Notes under the pieces: model-generated
What the model was told of the DNA's origin: nothing
Seen by the model: only the letters and a program-made list of their open reading frames with translations
Databases searched by the model: none
NCBI GenBank assembly: GCA_004431415.1
Contig: QPMI01000198.1
Coordinates: 82,740-146,739 of the forward strand
DNA length: 64,000 nucleotides
Reading direction: 5' to 3'
Source of the DNA: Cyanophora paradoxa CCMP329
Taxonomy: Eukaryota; Plantae; Glaucophyta
Shown: positions 12,245 to 24,791 of the stretch, in pieces
How positions within the stretch are numbered: the stretch's first letter is position 1
Layout: each line of letters starts with the position of its first letter
Position numbers and translations under genes: made by a program

Positions 12245-13797
12245 CTAGGCTCGCCCCGGGGGGAGGTGCTGCAGGGGCGAGTCGCTCAGGTCGGGGCCGA
12301 TGGATGTGACAGTTTCCGTGGCGGGGGGAGGCAGGGCGGACGCGGGGAGGACCAGCCCGCTGACCGTTCGCCCCAGCGCGTGGAGGGGTGCCGGGCAGCG
12401 CGTGGGCGACGGCGGGTCAGCCGGCGGGCGGGGCGCGAGCTGTGGGGAAGGCGGCGCCGGCGCCGGCGAGATGGAGGCGGAGCGGAGGGAATTGGATCCG
12501 CAGGGGGGGTGCGGGGAGAGCGGGGGGCGGGGCGAGAGCGGGGGACGGGGCGAGAGGGCTCGGTCGACGTCGCCGCTGGCGTGCGCGTGCGCATTCGTAT
12601 CGGAGTAGCGGCGGGATCGGAACGAGAGCGAGTTGCATCCGGGGGAGGACGGAGCAGGGTCCGTCGACCCAGTGTCGTCGGAGGCCGCGGCGGGCGCCGA
12701 GGCTCGGCGCGAACTGATGGAGGGTGGGGACGGGGAGACGCGGGGGGAGGCGGGGGGTAGGCCGAGGGCTTCACGATCCCGGCCCGAGTCGGACGCGGCG
12801 ACCAGCGCCCGGCGGCCCCTGCGCGTGCGCGAGGCCCTCGGCGTCAGAGGCGTCGGAGGGAGCACGTCGCGGGATGCGTTTCGGACCGCAGGCTGGAGTT
12901 CCCCGCTGCGATGGCGGCGGGATGAGTGAGGCGAGATCTAGAGCGCTGGCCATTGCCCAGCGCGCGACCGCGGCACGCACCGATGGGCGGCAAAGTCGGG
13001 CTGCGGGATTCTGGCCTGGACTCCTCGCCATCCCCAGGGGCTGGTAGGGCAAGAATTCAGGCGAGGTGCATCCTGAGCACATTCCACGCTGCGCACCATG
13101 CAGGAGGTCCAGCTGGGGCCGGGCCCTGCTCGATTTGATAGAAGAATCACGCCCGGAGCCTGTCGGCGCCAAAGGGAGCATGTGTCAGAGGCCTCGAGGT
13201 TCTGCCGACGGCCGCGATCGCACCTCCCTGCGCCTCGAAGGGGAGCTTCAGCGACGCGCCTGCGCCGGGGTCCGCCTCGATTGCCGCCCCGTCGCCGGCG
13301 CCCTTCGCGGCCATCTGGTACCGTCGCGCTCGCTGCAGAGCGCGGGCGGACGGCGTCGCTGTGGGCTCCAGGTCGCTGCTGGCCTCCCCCGCGACGGCCT
13401 CGTCGCTGTAGCAGTCGCTGCCGTCATCGGCGTCACTGCCACCCTCGTCCGCCGTAGGGCCATTTGCGTCCAACCGTTTCGCCTCCAGCTCCTCCTCGAG
13501 CACGCGGCGCAGCGAAGTCGCTCCGTACGATCGACTTAGCTGCGGACGCGTACGGCGTTCGACCCGCGCATGCGCACTCAAGACAAGACGCGCCAGCGGC
13601 GGCCTTGGCGATCGGCAAGGACGCACCCGATGGCATGTTTCCGGCTCCGGAGTCGGCGCATCGATAGAGACGCGAAGGGCCGGCCGGGCTGGCGCGGATC
13701 TGTCCCGATCTCCGTGGATGATGCCCTTGAGGCCATCGCCCGTCTGCAAGACTCGCTGGACCCCAACGTCCCCCGCATAGGGACTAAGGAACTCCAT
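12245..13797 (-). CDS. Hypothetical Ser/Pro-rich, probably disordered protein (5' end uncertain, may extend to ~14200)
   Basis: Chained minus-strand ORFs 13147-13797, 12771-13181 and 12245-12865 (LSPRPP repeats, acidic patch) fill the gap between two genes. No recognisable domain. Confidence 0.35.
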
Positions 13798-14332
13798 CCA
13801 GATCGCTCGCCGCGCCGGGCGGAAACTAACGCGTGCTGCTCTCGGCCGCGCGCCAAGCCCTCAATGGCTCGCTCCTGACTCGAATGGCGTTGGGGCGGGG
13901 CTGGGCGATACTAGTATGCCTACGCTGAGCGCTAGATGTTCCTCAGTTCGACCCGCTCTCCTGCTTGCGTACTCCTCGCACGTCCCTTGGGTCGGTCGGC
14001 GGGGCGACTCGAGGTGAAACTCGAGACGGCTTCGCGCGGTTTGCTTTGATGCTACAACAAGTCGGCGCGGCTGCCGCGACTCGCGGGAACCAGAGGACAA
14101 AGCTTCTTGTGAAGGGGGGTCGGCCCGGTCGGCCCGGGTCGGGTTCGCACCGGGTACGGGCACTTGCCAACTTCAGACAACGAGCAAGTCCCAGCGGAGC
14201 GCGCCTGCGACCATCTGCATCTCGGAGACGCACAGTTAGCTCGAGCGCGGGCAGAGTCCAGGCCCGGCCACTAGATCATCGGCACTGATACTTAGCTAAG
14301 CTTGGAAACTGGTGGCTGGAACCCGGATAGCG

Positions 14333-16628
14333 ATGCCCGGCCTGGGCGACAGCACAACCGGGGCGCGCGTCTCGGTGCGTGAATGCATGCATGAGAGCGG
14401 CCAGAAGGTCTTCTTCGCCGACCTCAGCGTGGACCTTGCATCGGCGGCCGGCCTCTTCAAGGCGCACATCGTCCGCACGGCCGGCTGGCCAAATGACGGC
14501 CCGCCGGTCTCGCTCTACTGTCGCGGCATTGTGCTGGATGACAGCAAGCCGGCGCGCCGTCGTCCTCGCCTCCCTAGCTCCTCTGCAGCTGGGACTGACG
14601 CCCCCGATGCAGCTAGTGGAGCAGGGCGTCAAGAACGGCAGTAGGATCGTAGTCATCAGGGTGCGCCTGCCCTCGCGCTTAGCTAAGCGCGCCTGACGTG
14701 CCGCAGCGGCGGCCGCCGCCATCGGAGGTCGTCAACACGAGGGAAGGGACCAGCGCCTACGTCTACCCGCCGCGGGGCCTCTACAGGCGCGCGCGAACGC
14801 CCTCCCCTCTGCGCCTGCAACGGCGAGCTAACCTGGCCCCGGCAGGTACGAGGGCGAGTGGGCGGACAAGAAGAAGTCAGGGCACGGGACGCTGTACCTG
14901 GACGGCTTCCCCGTGTACGAGGGCCAGTTCCAGGCGCGTGGCCCGCGGCGAACCCCTCCGGAGCTCTGTCCGTGACCCGGCAGCAGCACGGGGAGATCGT
15001 GGGCCACGGGATCAAGCGCTGGGTGGACGGCTCGAGCTACAGCGGGCAGTTCTACCTCGGGCACATGCACGGCCAAGGGACCTACCAGGGCGCGCGGGGC
15101 ACCCCCCTCCCTGGCCCCGGCGGCTCGCCCCGCTCACCGGCCTGCAGGGGCGAGCGGGGAGACGTACGAGGGGGAGCACAGGGCCAACCAGCGGCACGGC
15201 TTCGGCGTGCTGGCGCAGGCGCGTGCGGGCGACGCTGGCGCGGCCCCGCCCCTCACCTCTCCTCGCGCTCGCGGCAGGCGTCGGGGGAGCGGTACGAGGG
15301 GACGTTCCTGCGGCACCGCGCCCACGGCGAGGGCTCCTGGACCGGCCCCGCCGGCGAGACCTACACCGGGCAGTGCGCCCCTCCCACCCCGCCCCGCCCC
15401 GCCCCCCCGCGCCCCCGCGCTCCGGCCTCCGAGCGCGCGCGCGGGCAGGTGGTACGCGGGGAAGCGGCAGGGGCGGGGCCTGGCCAAGTGGCCCAGCGGC
15501 GACGTCTACGACGGCGAGGCGCGCCCCGGCCGCCCTCAGCGACGCGTGCCGCGCCTGACACCTCGCTCGCCGGCGCAGTGGTACGAGGACGCGCGGCAGG
15601 GGCTGGGCACCCTCATCGATATGGCGAGTGGCATCACCTACGTCGGCGCGCCCGCCGCCCTGGGCCCCGAGCTCGGCGCCGGCTCTGACGCGGGGTCGCA
15701 GGGGAGTGGCGGGACGACGCGCCGGCGGACCTCCCCGTCGCCCTCCAGTTCTCCTTCCCGCCCCGCGAGGAGGGCGCCCCCGAGGAGGCCGCTCCGCCCA
15801 TGCCCCCGACGCCCCGCACCGCCGCCGCCGCCCGCGCCAAGGCCGCCGGCGGCCTCGCCCCGGGCGGCCCCGCCGGCGCCGGCAGGCCGGCCGTCACGCC
15901 GGCGGCGGGGGCGAAGAAGGGCGCGGCGGCGGAGGCGGCGGGGGCGGTGGAGGAGGGCGGGGAGCCGCCGCAGCGGGTGCTCGAGGTGGAGGGCACCGCG
16001 CTGCCCCCCTGAGGCTCCTCTGCCTCCGCGAGGACGGCAACCCCTCCACCTCGGAGTCCAACCGCATCCTCCGCGTCCGCCCTTCGTCCCGCCGGCGCCC
16101 CTCCCCGCGCTGAGCGGCGCGGCAGGTCTCCGTCTTCCTCGAGGCGGAGGCCGTCGACCCGAAGGCGGGCGGCAAGCCGGCGGCGGCCGCAGCCGCCAAG
16201 GGCGGCGCCAAGGGCGGGGCGGGCAAGGGCGCGCCCCCGGCGCCCGCCGCCGGCGCGGCCACGGCGAAGGCCCCGGGGCGCCCGGCGCCCCCGCGGCGGA
16301 CGCCGGCCCGCCGCAGCCGACGCCGATCCCCTTCGCCGGCCCCAAGTTCGCTCGCTCGGCCCCCCCGCCCATCTCATCCGCCACGCTCACCGCCGCTCAG
16401 GTACCCGCCGGTGTGGTGGGCGACGGCGCGGACGTCGCAGGGGGCGGCGCTCTTCGAGGGCCTCGCCCTCGACCCCGCCGCCGCCCGCCCGGGCGCCTAC
16501 ACCCTCAAGGCCCGCCCCGCCCCCGCGCCCGTCGCGCGTTCGCTGACGCGCCGCAGTTCGAGGACGTGACGCCCAACGCGACGCCCCTCCGGCCCTTCTC
16601 CCAGCCCCTCAGGCTCTCCATCCTCTAG
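14333..16628 (+). CDS. MORN1: MORN1-like MORN-repeat protein with an N-terminal ubiquitin-like domain
   Basis: About seven MORN repeats after splicing (YEGEWADKKKSGHG, YEGQFQHGEIVGHG, YSGQFYLGHMHGQG, YEGEHRANQRHGFG, YEGTFLRHRAHGEG, YTGQWYAGKRQGRG, YDGEWYEDARQGLG). MORN1-type C-terminal motifs SESNRILRVS and PGAYTLKFEDVTP. The N-terminus FKAHIVRTAGWP..VSLYCRGIVLDDSKPLVEQGVKNGSRIVVIR fits the ubiquitin-fold pattern. Confidence 0.8.
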
Positions 16629-16778
16629 GCCCACGCCTGCTCTCGTCGCTCTCTTCCACTAGTACGCTCAGCGGCTCTTTGCGTACAGCTCTATCAAAAC
16701 CACACAATGTCCACAGCTCTCCCACATCTCTATCACTGCAGTGCGCCCGGCCGGCCGGCTTCGGGGGCCTACTACGGG

Positions 16779-19700
16779 CTAGAGGAGCCACCAGTGCCCC
16801 TTGAGCCCCTTGCCCGTCTCCCGCACCAGCGCCTCCTCCGCCGCCCGCTCGTCCTGCCGGGCGCTCAGCTTCAGTCTGGGCCGCACGTGCACCGGAGGGG
16901 GCGAGGGCGGCGCACGTTGACGCTGAAGAGGTTGAGGGAGGAGAGCGGGGCGGCGCGCGCGTGCACGCGCCCGCCCGCCGCCAGGATCCACCGCACCACC
17001 TGCAGGCCGTCCAGCTCCGCCTGCCGCGCCGACGACGCGGCGGTGCGCTGCGGGCCTCGTCTCTCAGCGTGGCGCTAAGGAGCGTATGGCTAAGGCTAGG
17101 GGGCGGACCTTGTCCTTGCGGGGCGGGGTGAGGCCGGAGGGCGGCGGGCCCGGGGCGGGGGCGGCGGGGGCGGGCTGCAGGAGGCGGCTCCGGACGACGT
17201 TGGCGGAGGGCAGGACGGCCAGGAACTCGAAGCGCGGCAGCGTCGAGCGCGAGCCGACCTGCGTGGACGTGGGTGAAGTCAGAGCCTCTAAAAAGAAGCA
17301 GGGCGGGGGGCGCGCCTCGAGCACGACGCGCCCCTCGGGCAGGCCCTTCACCAGCTCGTCCACCTGCGAGCGTTCTGTAAGGGGCGCGGGGCGGGCGGGG
17401 CCGCGGGCGGCGGCACCTTCTTGCGGCGGTCGGAGGGAGTGGCGCCGACGAGGGCGACGGCGGGGCCCCAGAAGGAGCGGAGCTTCTCCGAGTGCAGCGG
17501 CTTCCCCGCCTCCATCTGCTTCCTGCGCGCGGGTGGGTCGGAGTGGTACGCGGGGGAGACAGGGCCAAGAAGGGGCGCACTGGATTTTGCGGCAGAGGCG
17601 CCCGTCGCTCCAGGGGTACGCGTCCGGTCCGTCCGCGCCCCGCCGCAGTAGGGCGTAAGCGAGCTCGGCGGACTGCGGGCAGCGAGACTGAGGAGGCGCG
17701 GATTAGATTGGCGGCGGGAGAGCGTACCCAGGGGCCTCCGGGAGGGCAGGGGAGGGCCCGGACGGCGAGGCGGCCGCCGCAGAGGGCGATCTCCGTCGGG
17801 ACGTGGATCTGCGGGAGAGCTCGGGCGCCGGCAGAGAAAAGCGTGGCGCGACGCGCGGGGTGGCGGACGGCGGGGAAGAGCCCGTCGGACTCGCGGCGGC
17901 CGCCGAGGACCCCCACGAGGTGCTTCTGCGCGTCTGCCGGCGCCTCAGAGGCGCGCACGAGGCCGCGGGAGCGGAGCGCGGCGGGGCGCGCGCACCGCGA
18001 GCGAGCTCGATGCCGAGGGCGCGGTAGCCGTCCACCGCATCCTCCAGCCCGTACTGCCCGGCGCTCAGACGAGAGAAACGAGCCGCGGAGCCAGGGCGGC
18101 TTCGGACCTCGATGACGGCGGGCCCCGGCTGTGGCGCGACGCGCCGCGCGAAAGCGGCGATGTCGACCATCTGCGGCGTGTCCGTGAGGCACGCCGGGGA
18201 CCGTGAGAAGGGGGCGCGCCACGCCGGCGTCGAAGTCGTGCCAGCGGCCAAAGCCCTCGTGGACGTCCTAACAGAGCGTCAGCGAGAAGGAGCTCAGGCG
18301 GGCGGGCCGGGGCGGGCCTCGGCGGCGGCGTGGAGGGCGGCGCGGGCGACCTCGCGGCGCCGCTCGGCCTCGGCCGCCTCGGGGGCGGCGGCCTCGGCGA
18401 GGAGGTCGGCGTGGAGGGCGCGGAGGCCCGCCAGCCGCCCCGGCAGGTCGTCGTGCAGCTGGACTGCCCGCCCCGTCGGCGAGGGGCGCGGGGCAGGGCG
18501 GGGCGGGGCGGGCGCACTGGAGACGGAGACGACGGCGCGCTCGCCCCGCCATGGCGACACGAGCGACTTGTTCTTCGCGTGCGCCGCCCGCATCCTGATC
18601 TGCGCGGCGGTGAGGGCGGGCCCGGGGCGGGGCGGGGCGCGCGGGGACGGCTGAGAACCATACTGGGGGCCTCCTTGACGGCGGCGACGAAGGGGGCGAC
18701 GAGCCATGCCTCCGCAGAGGAGACGCGCCCGTACTGCGAGGGGCGTGGGCGCAGGAAGCGGAGCCGACGCGACGCGGAGCGGCGCACGAAGTTGCCGTTC
18801 AGGTCCACGGCGAACCAGGTGTCGTTGGGCCGGTGCCGCAGGCTCAGCTGCGGCCGGGCGGGCGTCGGCGAGGCAGAGAGGGGAGCGGGGCGGGGGCGGG
18901 CGGACGGAGCCCATCTCCTGGACGGCGCCGACGCAGGCAATGGTGACCTCCTTCCTCGCCTCCGGCCCCAGACGCGGCGCCGGCTGCTGCTCGATGGCCG
19001 CCGCCCGCTCCGCCTTCACCCGCCGCCCGATCCGCACCCCGTCCGACGGCGGCGGAGCTGGTGGGGCGGGCGGCGCGGCCGGCGGCGGCGGATCGGAGTC
19101 AAGGGCGTCGAAGAGGCCGTCCAGGGCGCCCAGGTCCTCGTCTCCGGCCCCCTGCACGGGCACGAGCTCCCGCCCCGCCGGCGCTGCCGCCTCGTCCAGG
19201 CGGGGCCGCTTCGGGGGCGAGGGGCGGCCCTCCCCCTCGCTCTCGCTGCCGCCGCTCGTGAGGCGGGAGGCGGCGGCGGGTGTGCCGGATCGATCGCACC
19301 TGGCGAGGTCGACGACCTCTGCCGCGGTCGACGAGGCGGGGGAGCTCCCGGCGCCCGAGCCGGTCTCTCCCGCGGTCCCGGCGGGCTGCGCGGGGCGAGT
19401 TAAAGGGATCCGGGAGGCGGCGGGCCGGCTCACTGTCGCGGTTGACGGGTGCTGCGCTAAATTGGGGGCTGGCGTCCTCGGGGGCGCCTACGAGAAGTCA
19501 ACTGGAAGCCAAACCTGGCGGGGAGGGGCAGGGGCGCACCGGCGCGGCATGAGGGGGCTTGGTCGGCGGGAGCGTCGAAGGCCCTTCTTCATCGCTGTCG
19601 ATCTCGATCACATCCACGTCGTTCGGAGCCGCCGGCGCTGCGGGCGCCGTCGCGACGGGGGCAGCTGCAGCTTCAGCAGACGCCGGCGCTGGGATCTCGG

Positions 19701-20156
19701 AGTTGGGGGGGCATTGGGCGCTCGTCACCTGCACAAGGTTAAAGAAACACGCGCTTAGAGGCTTAGAGCGCGGTGACGTTGCGCACGGAGCCGGGCGCGG
19801 TCGCGACGCCAGCGGTCGAGGCTGGACCGGAAGCGCCGTGCGTCGCCTGCCGCTTCTTGCCCGCAGACTTGTTCTTCTGCTTCTTTTGCTCTTCGCGCTC
19901 GCGCTCGATGGCGCGCCACTGGCGCCCGAGCTCGTCGATGAATGCTCGCTGGTCGAGGTCCGCCCGGATCCGAAGCAGCGACGGCGCGAAGCTGGGATCC
20001 TCTGAGATGCGCCTCCAGTTCTTGCCGTGCGCCTTGTGCGCCGCCAAGAGCGCCCGCTTTTCGTCCTGCGCGGCGGGCGCGTTCAAACTTGCGCCCGGCA
20101 CAGGGGCCGGCCCGGGCGAGCCGCACCTGCGTCCACTCCAGCGGAGCGCTCGACAT
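16779..20156 (-). CDS. Large protein with an N-terminal TRF/TRB-like Myb (SANT) domain; multi-exon
   Basis: Exons 1+2 give MSSAPLEWTQDEKRALLAAHKAHGKNWRRISEDPSFAPSLLRIR..IDELGRQWRAI, followed by a basic NLS-like stretch, an acidic/SIM-like motif (VDVIEIDSDEE) and further coding exons to ..KGHWWLL* at 16779. The single-gene interpretation is inferred. Confidence 0.6.
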
Positions 20157-20563
20157 TGAAAGCTGCAGGTTGACCCGGCCCGGCTAGCCCAGGAGTGCCC
20201 GGCGGCCGGCGGCCGGCTTTCGCTTGAATTTGATCGCTTCTGAGGCGGAGGGGGGTAGAATGCGGCTAGGAATTTGATCTCCGGATCCGACCGGCCAGCG
20301 CTCTCCCCAGCTGCAGCCCCTCAACGCCAGACGCAAGCAATTGGGTTTACTTGAATAGCATTATACATAGCGCTACCGAAACTCTGCTGCTCTAGGCGCA
20401 TCGAATATACGATAACCAACAAAATCGATCCGAGCGAGCGCGGCCTGAGTCACCCTCGGATCCCCCATCGATCGCGAGCTGTTGTCACGACCACGCGTGA
20501 GCGGGCGGGCGGGCCAGCGAGCCGGGGCTCGGGGTGGGGCGGGCAGAGGGCGCACCGCAGCCT

Positions 20564-22955
<2,392 letters not shown>

Positions 22956-23357
22956 CGCTCCCCGGCTCGGTCGGCGGATGGTGTGCTGGCGAACTCCTGA
23001 ACACTGCCGAGCTGAAAGGCCGGCGCTGCACGGGGTCCGGTCGGCTGGTCTCAGCTGTGCGTATCGTGTATGACTTCCGACTTCAGAGAAGTGTACCCGG
23101 CCACCGGCCACCGGCCCACCGCCGGCCCACCGGTACCGGGCTTCCTGCGAAGCCAGCCGCACCAGCGTTGCTTGAATAGTTGCAAGCCAGCAGCTCTGAC
23201 AACGTTTTCAGCCCCGAAACTCGCCCGCCGCCACTCGAGCGAGCTCCGGCTTCGAATTCCTGCGACGCCCCGAGCAACCATATCGATCAGGTCCGGCCAG
23301 TCGCGCCTCGCTTGCTTGCGTGGGAATGACCGAGCCGCGTTTCGTGCAGGCTGCAAG
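22956..23357. promoter_or_regulatory. Probable bidirectional promoter between divergent NTRC and ZFPL1
   Basis: Only about 400 bp separate the two head-to-head ATGs. Confidence 0.45.
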
Positions 23358-24491
23358 ATGGGCGTCTGGTTCGTTCATGCCGAAACCGCCGCGCGCGAGC
23401 CGCACCGCTCACTCCTTTTCGCGTCGCAGCAAATGTCGCTCCGTGTCGCAGATGTACTGCTTCTGCCACAGGCGCCCCTGAATTCCCTACGCGACCCTTT
23501 TCGCGCCCGGCTGACCTTCAGCGCCCGCAGGACGCACGTTTGCGAGAACTGCATATGCAAGGGGCATGAAGTCTGCGTCGTGCGTTCGTATCTGGAATGG
23601 GTGCAGGACAGCGAGTACGAGTGGCCGCAGAAGTGCCCGGTCTGCCAGCAGGCGCTGGAGGAGTCCGCGGACCCAGCCAACCCCACGACCATCCGCCTGA
23701 TGTGCCGCGACGTCTTCCACGTCGCCTGCCTCGACAAGTACGCCGCGCAGTTCCCCGCGCACACCGCCCCCGCCGGGTCCGCTCCTTTTCCTTTCCTTCT
23801 CGTCGTCGCCCGTAGCTGACGCCGCCGCGCCTCCGTTAGCTACGTATGTCCGCGGCACCCGAAGTGCGCGACGCCCATCCTGCCGCCGCCGGAGGCGAAG
23901 TCTCTGCTGGCGACGACCATCCGCAACCACGTCGCCGGCGCCAAGTGGGCCCAGTCCCTCTCCTCCGCCTCTGGGACCTCCGCCGCGGCCTCGGAGGCCT
24001 CTCTCGGAGCATCGCCTTCGCCCAGCAGCGGCATGGCGGCGGCCGACGGTGGCGACCGGTGGGGGCCGGCGAGCCCGTCCGGCAGCGCGGGCGGGGCGGG
24101 CGGCAGCGCGGCAGCCCCAACGGCGGCGGCGATGTCGATGGCGCGCGGCGTGGCGTCGCGAAAGCACCCCGGGGCGTACGAGCGGCCCGGCAGCGACGCG
24201 TACGACGGCGAGGAGGAGGACAAGTACCGCAAGCGCTCCTGGCTCAAGAGCGCCCTCGCGCGCTTCAGCGGCTCGGAGAGCGCGGCCGGCGGCGGCGGCG
24301 GCGGCGGTGGCCCGCTGCTGGGCGCGGTGGCGACGGCGCGGGAGCGGGGCGGGACGTCGCGACGGACGTACCTGACGGCCTTCGTGGCGCTGCTCCTCTG
24401 CTCGGCGATCGTTTTCTACGTGATGACCTCCCGCGTGCCCCACATCCCCAGCGCCCGCCCCAAGAAGGTCGCCTCCGACTCGTTCTCCTAG
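23358..24491 (+). CDS. ZFPL1: Zinc finger protein-like 1 (B-box-like + RING/PHD-like zinc fingers, C-terminal TM helix; Golgi protein family)
   Basis: Spliced [84 protein letters not shown], then EEEDKYRKRSW and TM YLTAFVALLLCSAIVFYVM. These are family-diagnostic motifs. Confidence 0.92.
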
Positions 24492-24791
24492 TGGCCCACC
24501 AAGGCCCCCGCCCTTGCCCCCTCTCCTTGTGGCCCTTCAAGCCTCTGTTGGTCCGTTGCGAGTTGAATGCATCTGAGGAGATCTCTTGTACAGCGACTCT
24601 CACTGAATTTATATCAAATCCCTGGCCCCAGGCGGTCTTGACCTCTCATGTGTAAATCCATCTCGTAGTAATTTCACGTATCAATCAGAGGATTGTCGTC
24701 ATGAACAATAATGCGCGCGATGGGGAGAGGATATCGCGTGAGAAGTCGATCATAGGGAAATCTACCTACAAGCTAGCTATTCACAGGTAGC

